Origin: Nemertoderma westbladi
Taxonomy: Eukaryota > Animalia > Xenacoelomorpha
Reading direction: 5' to 3'
DNA length: 34,481 nucleotides
NCBI GenBank assembly: GCA_032718475.1
Contig: JAUCBJ010006105.1
Coordinates: 1-34,481, forward strand
Within the stretch, counting starts at the first letter, position 1; each line of letters begins with the position of its first letter. Shown here piece after piece: positions 17,294 through 30,600 of this stretch. Below the pieces are notes generated by a model. The model made no database searches, was not told where the DNA came from, and saw only the letters and a program-made list of their open reading frames with translations. The position numbers and the translations under genes were made by a program.

Positions 17294-20200
17294 ACATATT
17301 TCCTGACGTACGATCTTTATAACTACCGATACCGTCAATAGGCGAAGCCAGGTATGGTTTATAGGAATATAGTCTACGCAGTACTCGTCTTAATTGTATG
17401 CCTCGTTGCTCTCGTCGCTCGTCCTGTTAAAATATTTGTTCTAAACCAAGACTGACGATCTTTATACAGTTAGAACTAGGCGAAGTTTCGAAACTGTGTG
17501 AGTAACTGCTGATATATTATCTATGTGGAGATGTGTGATACAACGCCAACGCATCGTATGCCGATGTAGTAATATGGGTATTGAAATAATATTAAATCAA
17601 TGTACACTCTTAAAGCTGCAGCGAAAAAATGTAGCTAATTTCCTTGGTTACATATAAAATAATAAAATTATTTTTACCCCATTTAAGAACATTAATTTTA
17701 CTACTTTGCAAAAATTCAATTAAAAAATAAACAGACAATTGAGACAAATATATTGCGGAATAAACTACTGTATTTCATTTATAAGCCTATAACAGCCATG
17801 CCATGGATATAGTATTTATGTCATTATATCTTCTGTCACCTGAGATAGTAAGTAATACAACTTATAGTATAGAGCTAATAGGAGTTGAAATACAGGCAGT
17901 ATGGTTGGAGTTATGTCTGGGTTGCTATAGCAATACTACTGGCTGCCTATAACAGTACAATTCCCCTCTGGTAAGGCTACACCAACATCTCCCAGCCAGC
18001 TAGCAGCTCTACACCCCCGCAGAGACTATGTTGACCAATAATGGGCAGGATTAAATTTGTACTCAATAATTGTGCCGCTTTAATTACGTTTAGATCAATT
18101 AAAAACACATTTATTAAAGCAAATCACTTGAACTAATTAAAAACTATAATAGAAAGGGGTATGTGGATTACATCTGTATAATTTTTAAGTATAATTATTT
18201 AAATCTTATACTGTAAAATAATTAATTTCCTTTAACAGGCAGGTTGAAAATGCAGTTTTTACCATAATCAACTTAATTAACTAATTAACTGCAATTATCT
18301 CAGCTTCTCGAAGGCCACACGGAAATTCAACTTGGAAAATTTCTAAACTTTTGCCAAACAACATGTGTACCAAGTTTGGATAGACTCCATCGAAGATTGG
18401 CCGAGTTATTAACGTTTAAAATTGAACACTGCAAAAAAAAGCGACAGATAAACAGATCAAACACGTTCGTGGGCCTTCGCGCAGCACGAGGCCCAGTTAT
18501 GAGATACAAATTAAAACTGAGCGACTGTATCACAAAATCAGTATTTGAGAAATTTACCCACACCACCAATCAATTAAAGAAAGGGGTACAGTACGTGTTC
18601 AGCCCTTTTAATCTGCACCCCCCCCCCCCCCCACCCTTCCCACCCACCAATACATAACCGCGACATCTACCACCCACGGCAGGGTACCACGAATTTATTT
18701 CCAATCGCACGTTCAATATGCAAAGCCAGGTGGTTTATAGGAATATAATAAACGCAGTACTCGTCTTCATTATAAGCCTCGTTGCGTTCGTCCTGTTTTG
18801 AATTTAAATATATTTCTTAAACTCAGGCTAGGACGATCTTTATAACTACCGATGCGTTCAATAGGCGAAGCCAGGTATGGTTTATAGGAATATAGTCTAC
18901 GCAGTACTCGTCTTCATTATATGCCTCGTTGCGCTCGTCGCTCGTCCTGTGTTGTCATAAAATATTTTTCCTAAACGCAGACTGACGACCTTTATACAGT
19001 TATAACTATGCGAAGTTTCGAAACTGTGCGAGTAACTGCTGATACATCTATGTGGAGATGTGTGATACAACGCCAACGCATCGTATGCCGATGTAGTAAT
19101 ATGGGTATTGAAATAATATTAAATCAATGTACACTCTTAAAGCTGCAGCGAAAAAATGTAGCTAATTTCCTTAGGTTACATATAAAATAATAATATTATT
19201 TTTAAGAACATTAATTTTACTACTTTACAAAAATTCAATTAAAAAATAACCAGCCAAATACATTGTGGAAGCCTACACAACAGCCATGCCATGGATAGTA
19301 TTTATGTTATTATATCTGTCATTTACCTGAGATAGCAATACAACATTTATAGTAGAGTCAATAGGAATTGGAATACAGGAAGGATGGTGGGATGTGGGAT
19401 TTAAAGAATGCTGTCTGGGCTGGAATAGCAATACTGGTTGCCTATTACAATTCCTCTCTGGTTAGTCTACAGCCACAACTCCCAGCCAGCTAGCTCCACA
19501 CCAGCAGAGACTTGACCAATAATGGGCAGGATTAAATTTGTACTCAATAATTGTGCCGTTTAATTACGTTTAGATCAATTAAAGACACATTTATTAAAGC
19601 AAATCACTTGAACTAATTAAAAACTATAATAGAATGGGGTATGTGGATTACATCTGTATAATTTTTAAGTATAATTATTAAAATCTTATACTGTAAAATA
19701 ATTAATTTCCTTTAAAAGGCAGGTTGAAAATGGTGTTTTTACCGTAATCAACTTAATTAACTAATTAACTGCTATTATCTTAGCTTCTCGAAGGCCACAC
19801 GGAAATTCAACTTGGAAAATTTCTAAACTTTTGCCAAACAACATGTGTACCAAGTTTGGATAGATTTCATCGAAGATTGGCCGAGTTATTAACGTTTAAA
19901 ATTGAACACTGCAAAAAAGCGACAGATAACGACAGATCAACACGTTCGTGGGGCCTTCGCGCAGCACGAGGCCCAGTTATTAGATACAAATTAAAATTGA
20001 GCGACTGTATCACAAAATCAGTATTTGAGAAATTTACCCACACCACCAATCAATTAAAGAAAGGGGTACAGTACGTGTTCAGCCCTTTTAATCTGCACCC
20101 CCCCCCCCCCCCCCACCCTTCCCACCCACCAATACATAACCGCGACATCTACCACCCACGGCAAGGGTAGCACGAACTTATTTCCAATCGCACGTTCAAT

Positions 20201-21224
20201 ATGCAAAGCCAGGTGGTTTATAGGAATATAATAAACGCAGTACTCGTTTTCATTATAAGCCTCGTTGCGTTCGTCCTGTTTTGAATTTAAATATATTCTT
20301 AAACGCAGGCTAGGACGATCTTTATAATAATAATAACTAGGGATGCGATCAATGTGTGAAGCCAGGTGGTTTATATAATAATATAGTCAACGCAGTACTC
20401 CTCTTCATTATATGCCTCGTTGCGCTCATCGCTCGTCCTGTGTTGTCATAACATATTTTTCCTAAACGCAGACTGACGACCTTTATACAGTTATAACTAT
20501 GCGAAGTTTCGAAACTGTGCGAGTAACTGCTGATACATCTATGTGGAGATGTGTGATACAACGCCAACGCATCGTATGCCGATGTAGTAATATGGGTATT
20601 GAAATAATATTAAATCAATGAACACTCTTAAAGCTGCAGCGAAAAAATGTAGCTAATTTCCTAGGTTACATATAAAATAATAATATTATTTTTAAGAACA
20701 TTAATTTTACTACTTTGCAAAAATTCAATTAAAAAATAACCAGACATATACATTGTGGAATAAACTATTTCAGCCATGCCATGGATAGTATTTATGTAAT
20801 TATATCTGTCATTTACCTGAGATAGCAATACAACATTTATAGTAGAGTCAATAGGAATTGGAATACAGGAAGGATGGTGGGATGTGGGATTTAAAGAATG
20901 CTGTCTGGGCTGGAATAGCAATACTGGTTGCCTATTACAATTCCTCTCTGGTTAGTCTACGGCCACAACTCCCAGCCAGCTAGCTCCACACCAGCAGAGA
21001 CTTGACCAATAATGGGAAGGATTAAATTTGTACTCAATAATTGTGCCGTTTAATTACGTTTAGATCAATTAAAGACACATTTATTAAAGCAAATCACTTG
21101 AACTAATTAAAAACTATAATAGAATGGCGTATGTGGATTACATCTGTATAATTTTTAAGTATAATTATTTAAATCTTATACTGTAAAACAATTAATTTCC
21201 TTTAAAAGGCAGGTTGAAAATGGT
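17294..21224. repeat. Tandem array of a ~1.5-kb non-coding unit (about 2.6 copies, plus a head fragment at 16575-16715)
   Basis: Anchor AGGTTGAAAATG at 18241, 19721 and 21211. TTAAAGCTGCAGCGAAAAAATG at ~17610, 19137 and 20628. The units contain poly-C tracts and ~150-bp sub-repeats. Confidence 0.92.
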
Positions 21225-21336
21225 GTGGGGCGAGCCACGAAGTGAGTGAGCCTTAGCGTAGTGGTACCATTAATCAACCTGTGGGGCGAGCCACGAAGTG
21301 AGTGAGCCTTAGCGTAGTGGTACCATTAATCAACCT
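21225..21336 (+). repeat. 56-bp tandem duplication, with inverted copies at ~30963-31083
   Basis: GTGGGGCGAGCCACGAAGTGAGTGAGCCTTAGCGTAGTGGTACCATTAATCAACCT occurs twice. Confidence 0.95.
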
Positions 21337-22170
21337 GTCGTTCTGTCGTTCTTGTTCAATTTTAAACGTTAATAACTCGGCCAATCATCGATGAAATCTA
21401 TCCAAACTTGGTACACATGTTGTTTGGCAAAAGTTTAGAAATTTTCCAAGTTGAATTTCCGTGTGGCCTTCGAGAAGCTAAGATAATAGCAGTTAATTAA
21501 GTCGTTCTGTCGTTTTTTTGCAATGTTCAATTTTGAACGTTAATAACTCTATCAATCCTCGATGAAATGTAACCAAACTTGGTACACAAATAGTCTGTCA
21601 AAAGTTTAGAAATTTTCCAAGTTGAATTTGCGTGGGGCCTTCGTGCAGCACCAGTGTAACTGTCTTACAGTTATAATAAATTTATTTATTCAAAATTATA
21701 ACGCTTGACATCAGCAGGTTGCTAGGAGCCTAAATCAGCTGGGTTTCTGGCAAATTACGAAATTACAGTAATGCCATTGTGGCCTGTACTGGTACTATAC
21801 TCAATGTCAATCCCTGAATCAGGAATCCTGTAATCAGACAATACAGCAATACCATACAGACATACTGTATTCGGTGTTTTATGGTACTGGCTGACTGGTA
21901 CCGCGGTACCGGTTCAGTCATTATAGATCACGTATACTTGTACTACAGGACAGGCCTAATTCTGTAGGCCCTAATTAGCCATGCAGTGCGGACTCCGGAC
22001 TGTTGGACTGCAGTCCTGAATTAGATTAGAGGGTCCGTTGGCGCCGTCCGCCGTACCGCCCTACTACTTGACTACTGTCAGACTGTAGAAGTATAACCGG
22101 ACTGGTAGCAACTGCTGACCGGACTGGTAGCAACTGCTGAACTGCCAACTACAGAACTACCGGTACAGTA
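21225..22170 (+). repeat. Left arm of a long inverted repeat (partner ~30285-31083)
   Basis: For example GCTTGACATCAGCAGGTTGCTAGGAG (~21703) versus CTCCTAGCAACCTGCTGATGTCAAGC (~30728). The arms are colinear in reverse complement over several hundred bp. Confidence 0.88.
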
Positions 22171-22189
22171 CTGAACTACAACAGCACTA

Positions 22190-22782
22190 GCCTATACCGC
22201 ATTTCTACGCTCCTGTCAGCGACAAAAGAAAATGAATTTCTTCATTTACGGTTTCTGCTCTTGTTAACGGTTAAATATGTTAATTAAAGACTATGTATTG
22301 GTACGACTGACGGCGCCGGCAACTGGTATAATCAGATGTAGATGTACATACAGACATATCAATCTGCCAATACAACAATAGCAATAGGCTTACCCCTACC
22401 AACCCCAACCATCCATCGACTCGGCAACTGCAACAATGGAAGTTATGCGGACTAACCAGCTGACTGGCATTCTAAGTTCAGGTACCCACTACCAGAGTCT
22501 ACCCAGCTGTCCAGAAAAGTGTTGGGATTGAAATCAAACAACTCACCACCAAGGCCGCTTCTGTCTGTTGACCTCGACTTTCGGTATCGCTGCCGCTACA
22601 GGCAAACTGGACTAACCGTAACCGAGGATGAAATCCGGTTTTTTAATCTCACTCTGCCATCAACCAGTGCCCGGCGGTGTTGAAATTGACACGCATTGTG
22701 CAAGCAGTAGGCCTATTGCTCCGAGTTTCCAGCTGGTCGGGTGCAACTACTGCATCTACATTGCCACACTATAACTCGGTCT
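22190..22782 (+). repeat. ~590-bp block with a direct copy at ~28900-29490
   Basis: CTATACCGCATTTCTACGCTCCTGTCAGCGA ... CATCTACATTGCCACACTATAACTCGG is present in both. Confidence 0.92.
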
Positions 22783-22789
22783 TATATCT

Positions 22790-23192
22790 TAAGAAATATA
22801 TTTAAATACAAAACAGGACGAGCACAACGAGGCTTATAATGAAGATGAGTACTGCGTTGACTATTATTATTATATAAACCACCTGGCTTCACATATTGAA
22901 CGCATCCCTAGTTATTATTATTATAAAGATGGTCAGCCTGCGTTTAAGAAATATATTTTAATACAAAACAGGACGAGCACAACGAGACTTATAATGAAGA
23001 CGAGTACTGCGTTGACTATTATTATTATATAAACCTCCTGGCTTCACATATTGAACGCATCCCTAGTTATTATTATTATAAAGATCGTCAGCCTGCGTTT
23101 AAGAAATATATTTAAATACAAAACAGGACGAACGCAATGAGGCTTATAATGAAGACGAGTACTGCGTTTATTATATTCCTATAAACCACCTG
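22790..23192 (-). repeat. ~155-bp sub-repeat array (reverse complement of part of the 1.5-kb unit); continues at 28640 after the solo LTR
   Basis: AATACAAAACAGGACGA recurs near 22806, 22960 and 23115. Related copies lie at ~29500-29830. Confidence 0.85.
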
Positions 23193-24220
23193 TGTTACGA
23201 TATATGGCGCTGTGTACCAATATTAGCCGTTATACAGTATAATCATTTAGATAAGCCATAATGACGCGCAATCATATTTAGATAAGGAAAATAAAACGCC
23301 CATATTTGTGAATTTTATCCATTTTGTATAGTATGTAGTCCTACCTATGTAATTTTGTAGTAAAATATAAATAAATAGTTCTACGGTAGCAAGTTTCCTA
23401 TAAAACCCTTGATGTAAGCTTGCTGTTATTAGTATCAATATGACTAACTGTATATTTGCTTTAATTTCTATTACATTTGCGCTAAATTAGATTTTATGTA
23501 CCATGCTTTTAGTATGGTGGCAATTTGCGATTCTGAAGGGGAATAGGTTCACAATCCGGCTTCCTCATTGGCCTAGCTGCTTCCAGGTTGGTCTAATGGT
23601 AGCGCGGATTGGGGAACCAATCAGAGATTTATTGCATCATCCTCGATATATATGGATATACATCATCCATACATATAAATTGGCTGTATTTCCGGTATGT
23701 GCTATGCATTATCTCTCAGTTGATTCTCTCAGATATCTATAATCTCTTATTCTGTATTTCCACTTTTGTTTCCAGCAATAATTCGCAAATTTTATAATTT
23801 CTGCTTTATTTCTTGCTATTTTTCTTAATTAATCTAGATGATTACTGCAAATTACAATCAGAACTATGATTTCTACCTTTCGAATAATGGTTCTATGTGA
23901 TTAAAATGCGATAATCCCACAGGATTTCTTTTAGACTGTCAGACTGGTTGTGATTGCATGCGCCGTTACGGTAGCTATTCATTTTAATGGAGGGCTAAGG
24001 TACCGGTAGGCGCGGCGGGCGCACCGGGGGGTAGCGAGGAAGGGAGTGCAGAGGATTCAAAGGCGAGCAATGCTGGCGGGGGGTCACTGTTGCGGTCGGG
24101 AGGCTGGCAGTGTAGAGGGAAGACCAGTTGCCGGTACAGTAATTAGGGGGCTGACGATCCAGATTTTGTCTCTATTTTGTAGTATTAGGGGGCAGGAATC
24201 GGGTTAGTTAGGAAGCCTAT

Positions 24221-27200
24221 TCGTCACCTTCAAGGCAGAACCCCCTAAGTCGATTTTTGTAGTTCTGAGATAATCGATAAAAACTGTTTATTTTTTAGAG
24301 AGATGCCTCAGTTTACTTGTTATTGTGTTTTTTGATAACTCAATATATATAGAATTCATATAACTAAACTTTCTATTTGATTTAGAATTACCTTTGAAAT
24401 ATATTGCGGTTTTTTTGTAAAAATTCTGACTTATGGTGTTTTGCCAAAACAAAGGGGAACACCATTTTCTGGTATTATCCCGTAACTATACGATAGTTGC
24501 GGGGTATTGCCTAGAAAACAAGGCATCCTCAATTTGGCAAAACACCATAAGTACGAATTTTTACAAAAAACACGCAAAATATATCAAATAATAGCCAAGG
24601 CGTATCGTACGTCCTTAATAATTTAGTGCGTAGTGCGCACGTAATACATGTGCGCATTTGTTATTAGCTAATACGTGCTATCTAACATGTTAACTATCAC
24701 ATGATCAGGTGTTAGTATTACCTGCAAACGCAATAATAACAAATAATCACATACAATATAGCTAACGCACTTGCGCACATGTTGGAAATTTTTGAATTCA
24801 AAATTCTAAAGGGCTCCATAAGTTTTTGATATTTTGGTATTAATTGCTTCTAAAATAAGTACGGGACTGTAGTTAGAATCATGTATCAATACAAATTGAA
24901 CAAAATGTAGCCAAATGCAGAACTATAAGAACAAAATTTAGATTCAAGAAAGCGGAACTCTAAGTACAAAATATAGCCATGGGTGGTACTCTACAGTAAG
25001 AACAAAGTCTAGCTACAGGGTTACAGCTACGTTAAAGTTAAAGTAAAGTTAACTTACAGTACGTCATGACGAATAATTAAAGACCTGTTTTTTCTACAGT
25101 ACATTTTGAGCAACTCTATCAGCAACTTAGTGAGCATGTCAGGTTGCCGATCAAGTTGCTCTATGTAAACGAGAAGTTTGTTGCTATAAAATATGCCTCA
25201 CATAACGGAGACGAAAAGTTAATGTTACTCAAATTAAGTTGCTAGTTGCTGACCAAATTGTCCAAAACGTCCGGCAACCTAGAATAACTTATATCAACTT
25301 GGACACAAACATTAAATGAGGGACAGATATTTATCAGCGCCACAAACATTAATGTGGGACAAACATTAATCAGGGGGACAAACATTAATGTGGGACATAA
25401 ACATTGATGTAGGACACAAACATTAATGTGGGACATAAACATTGATATAGGACACAAACATTAATGAGGGACACAAATATTAATGAGGGACACAAATATT
25501 AATGAGGGACACAAACATTAATGAGGGACACAAACATTAATGAGGGACACAAATATTAATGAGGTACACAAACATTAATGAAGGACACAAACATTAATGA
25601 GGGACACTAGCATTAATGAGGTACACAAACTTTAATGAAGGACACACACATTAATGAGGGACACAAACATTAATGAGATATACAACATTAATGAGGGACA
25701 CTAACATTAATGAGGTACACAAACATTAATGAAGGACACAAACATTATGAGGGACACAAACATTAATGAGGGACACTAACATTAATGAGGTACACTAGCA
25801 TTAATGAGGTACACAAACATTAATGAAGGACACAAACATTAATGAGGGACACAAACATTAATGAGATATACAAACATTAATGAGGGACACAAACATTAAT
25901 GAGATATACAAACATTAATGAGGGACACAAACATTAATGAGGGACACAAACATTAATTGAGAGACACTAACATTAATGAGGTATACACACATTAATGAGG
26001 GACACAAACATTAATGAGGGACACAAACATTAATGAGATACACAAACATTTATGAGATACACAAACATTAATGAAGGACACAAACATTAATGAGGGACAC
26101 AAACATTAATGAGATATACAAACATTAATGAGGGACACAAATATTAATGAGATATACAAACATTAATGAGGGACACTAACATTAATGAGGTACACAAACA
26201 TTAATGAGGGACACAAACATTAAAGAGGTACACACACATTAATGAGGGACACAAACATTAATGAGATATACAAACATTAATGAGGGACACAAACAATAAA
26301 CGAGGGACAGATATCAATCAAGGGCACAAACATTAATGAGGGACACAAACATTAATGAGGGACACAAACATTAATGAGGGACGCAAACATTAATGAGGTA
26401 CACAAACATTAATGAGGGACACAAACATTAATGAGGTACATAAACATTAATGAGGGGCACAAACATTAATGAGGGACACAAACATTAATGAGATACACAA
26501 ACATTAATGAGGGACACAAACATTAATGAGGGACACAAACATTAATGAGATACACAAACATTAATGAGGGACACAAACAATAAACGAGGGACAGATATCA
26601 ATCAAGGGCACAAACATTAATGAGGGACACAAACATTAATGAGGGACACAAACATTAATGAGGGACACAAACAATAAACGAGGGACAGATATCAATCAAG
26701 GGCACAAACATTAATCATGGGCACTATCGCCCTTCGCACTTAGTATGATTCATGTTACCACCCATACACATACAATATATTACAGTATTACAATTCTCAT
26801 TACTGTCAAGCAATAAAATAACAACAATAAATAATAACTTATTAATCTGACCAAACCAATAAACTATGTTATAGCCAATTGAAGGAAAGGATCAGGTACA
26901 GAGATGGTTTTTCTAACCAAAACAATAAACGATGTTGTTACTAAAAAGGGAAGGAGTAGGAGTAAAAAAATGATGAACATGAGGGGGAGACAGGAATGGG
27001 GGGGGGGGGTAACATGAATGGTGGTGGTAGGAGGTAAATTGAAAATATGGGGGTATAACAGCCGGGGGGGGGGGGGTAGCAGCAAAACAGGCAGCTGAAC
27101 AACGTAACCGAACGTCGCTTTCAATTAATTTCCATCTAATTACAGTAGGAAGATGGAATGTATACAAAACGGCGGTAATTTGATCGAAGCTCACGTTCCC

Positions 27201-27698
27201 ATGGAAGTATTTTTTCCAGTTAATCACTTAATATCTGATCGTCTGATGGCAAGCATCACCATCGCTCATATTAATATCCATTAGCAACCATTGACCCCTA
27301 TTAATGTTTTGTGTCCCACATTAATGTTTGTGTCCCTCATTAATATTTGTGTCCTGGCCGCAATACAAACCAGTATATAAATGATAAATTACGGGGTTTT
27401 GCCAGGCTATTGTTTCTGATTTAAGGGGTTTTACAGGTTGTTATTTCTGATTTAAGGGGTTTTGCCAGGTGGACTGAATTTCATATACTTGAATTTACGG
27501 TGTTTTGCAAGCCAATTATTGACTTGTGGGCATAAGTTACGGGGAACTGTCTTTGGCTTATAACTCAAAAATGGCTGGTAGAAAAGCTTCGGGGTTCTGC
27601 CAGACGAAAAAGCCGATATCGAATTACCCAAAAAGTCAAAAACATGAAAATCTAAAAAAATCGACTTACAGTAGGGGGTTCTGCCTTGAAGGTGACGA
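24221..27698. mobile_element. Non-autonomous TIR DNA transposon (superfamily not assigned)
   Basis: 27-bp perfect TIR TCGTCACCTTCAAGGCAGAACCCCCTA (24221-24247 / 27672-27698), extendable across a small indel. Subterminal TTAnGGnGTTTTGCCA-type repeats at both ends. It precisely interrupts the LTR (compare the empty site GGAAGCCTAGATGTACCC at ~14826). No transposase ORF; the TSD is ambiguous (TA/AT-rich). Confidence 0.88.
25300..26716 (+). repeat. 19-bp minisatellite (GGGACACAAACATTAATGA)n, roughly 70-75 copies
   Basis: Direct reading. Variant units recur, and about 3 inverted units lie at ~27295-27354. Confidence 0.97.
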
Positions 27699-30600
27699 TA
27701 ATATGTACCCGGGAGAGGCCTTCGTGTTCTATACTGCAGACTGTAAACTGTACATTGAGAACTGCTAATTGTTAAGTATTGGCTATTGATTGTTACGCTG
27801 ATTGTGTGTTGCTAAAGTGTGCCTGATTAAATTATGAATGCTTAGATAGGCGCCTTTTTCCCTTGATTAATTTCTATTTCTTAGTTTACGATAAATAATT
27901 ACTGATTAGGCCAAAATAATACGGTATTTAGGCTGTTACTAGTGTAACCCGGTGCGTAATAAATTAGAATTGCGCATTCTGGAACACTTAGTAATTAGTA
28001 CGCTGTTTCATATTTGTGGCTGTAATTAATTAGTAAAATTAAGAATTTGTACGCAGCATAGCGGAGAGTAGTTAAAGTAATGATTTGGAGTACTGTAAAC
28101 TATTCACGCTGGGCGGTTATTTGAAATTAGCGGACAATAGCTAGATAGCAGTATCCAGTACGCAGTAGTAGATTGCTGGCCTAAAGCCAGCCGAAGGCAA
28201 GTTTAGACCCGTAGTACCGGTCTCGGTAGGAAATTCTGTCACACTTTGAGTTATTTTAAACATTCTCACATTCACACATTCCGTTCGGGAACACCAGTAT
28301 CTGCGATTAGAAAAGACGCATTTATTTGCGTGTTTTAACAGTAAGATTAGGCGATAAGAATACACTCTGAGTGTAAGCCTCTAACACTCGTTTTAAGTAG
28401 GTTAGGGAGCCGATTCGGGTTTATTGTTTTGGTTATTCCCGCGTGGCTCATAGATTCGAACAGTTAGCTCTCTATCGAGCGATCGGTAGAGAAAGGAACA
28501 AGCGATTTGCAGGCGCCGTATAAAATTAGTAAAACATATTAGCGGACGGCAGGTTAGCGCCATCCAGCGGTGAGTAGCAGTTATGTGTTTAGCAGTTGTG
28601 CAGTAATAATAGCGCGCTCCTGATCGCCCCTGTTTAACAACCTGGCTTTGCATATTGAAAGTGCGATTGGAAATAAGTTCGTGCTACCCTTCCGTGGGTG
28701 GTAGATGTCGCGGTTATGTATTGGTGGGTGGGAAGGGTGGGGGGGGGGATAAAAGGGGTGAACACGTACTGTCCCCCTTTCTTTATTTGATTGGTGGTGT
28801 GGGTAAATTTCTCAAATACTGATTTTGTTATACAGTCGCTCAATTTTAATTGAGCGACTTTAATTTAACTACCGGTACCGTACCGGTAGTTCTGTACAGC
28901 ACTATACCGCATTTCTACGCTCCTGTCAGCGATGGAAGAAAATGAATTTCTTCGTTTGCGGTTTCTACTCTTGTTAACGGTTAAATATGTTAATTAAAGA
29001 CTATGTATTGGTACGACCGACGGCACCAGCAACTGGTATAATCAGATGTAGATGTACATACAGACATACCAATCTGCCAATACAACAATAGCAATAGGCC
29101 TACCCCTACCAACCATCCATTGACTCGGCAACTGCAACAATGGAAGTTATGCGGACTAACCAGCTGACCGGCGTTCTAAGATCAGGTACCCACTACCAGA
29201 GTCTACCCAGCTGCCCAGAAAAGTGTTGGAATTGAAAGCAAACAACTCACCACCAAGGCCACCTCTGTCTGTTGACCTCGACTTTCGGTATCGCTGCTGC
29301 TACGGGCAAACTGGACTAACCATAACCGAGGATGAAATAATCCGGTTTTTTAATCTCACTCTGCCATCACCCAGTGCCCGGCGGTGTTGAAATTGACACG
29401 CATTGTACAAGCAGTAGGCCTATTGCTCCGAGTTTCCGGCTGGTCGCGTGCAACTACTTCATCTACATTGCCACACTATAACTCGGGCTCATGAGGAATG
29501 AGTGCTGCATAGACTATATTCCTATAAACCAAAACCATACCTGGCTTCGCCTATTGAACGCATTATAAAGATCGTCAGTCTTCGTTTAGGAAAGATATTT
29601 AAATACAGAACAGGACGAGCACAACGAGACTTATAATGAAGACAAGTACTGCGTTGACTAATATTATTATATAAACCACCTGGCTTCACATATTGAACGC
29701 ATCCCTTGTTATTATTATTATAAAGATCGTCAGCCTGCGTTTAAGAAATATATTTAAATACAAAACAGGACGAACTCAACGAGGCTTATAATGAAGACGA
29801 GTACTGCGTTTATTATATTCCTATAAACTACATGGCTTCGCATATTGAACGTGCGATTGGAAATAAGTTTGTGCTACCCTTCCGTCCCGTTAGCCCGTGG
29901 GTGGTAGATGTCGCGGTTATGTATTGGTTGGTGGGAAGGGGAGGGGGGGGGGGGGTGCAGATTAAATGGGCTGAACACGTACTGTCCCCCTTTCTTTGAT
30001 TGATTGGCGGTGTGGTTAAATTTCTCAAATACTGTTATTGTGATACAGTCGCTCAATTTTAATTTGTATCTCATAACTGGGCCTCGTGCTGCGGAAGGCC
30101 CCACGAACGTGTCGTTCTGTCATTCTGTTGATCTGTCGCTTTTTTTCAGTGTTCAATTTTGAACGTTAATAACTCGATCAATCCTCGATGAAATGTAACC
30201 AAACTTGGTAGACAAATAGTCAGTCAAAAGTTTAGAAATTTTCCAAGTTGAATTTGCTCGGGGCCTTCATGCAGCACCAGGTACCGTACCGGTAGTTCTG
30301 TAGTTGGCAGTTGATACCAGTCCGGTTCTACAGTCTGACAGTAGTAGGGCGGTACGGCGCCAACGGACCCTCTAATCTAATTCAGGACCGCAGTCCAGCA
30401 CTCCGGATGCCGGAGTCCGCACTGCAGTGCATAGCATGGCTAATTAGGGCCTACAGAATTAGGCCTGTCCTGTAACAGTATACTGGTATACGTGATCTAT
30501 AATCACTGCACCAGTATCGCGGTACCAGTCAGCCAGTACCGTAAAACACCGAATACAGTATGGTATTGCAGTATTGCTGTATTGTCTGATTGCAGGATTC

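Larger units (their letters stand above)
23193..28639 (+). mobile_element. Solo LTR of the same BEL/Pao family (~1.97 kb net), interrupted by a TIR element
   Basis: TGTTACG...TTTAACA ends and a perfect 5-bp TSD ACCTG at 23188-23192 and 28640-28644. Colinear with, but diverged from, 13653-15796. Confidence 0.93.

Noticed and set aside
18977-19040. Second hammerhead (CTGACGA...GAAAC...GTA) in the 1.5-kb repeat
   Set aside because: No credible stem II with the required closing pair, and stem I has a mismatch next to the core.
25300-26716. CRISPR-like array
   Set aside because: Units are head-to-tail with no unique spacers, there are no cas genes and the context is eukaryotic. It is a minisatellite.
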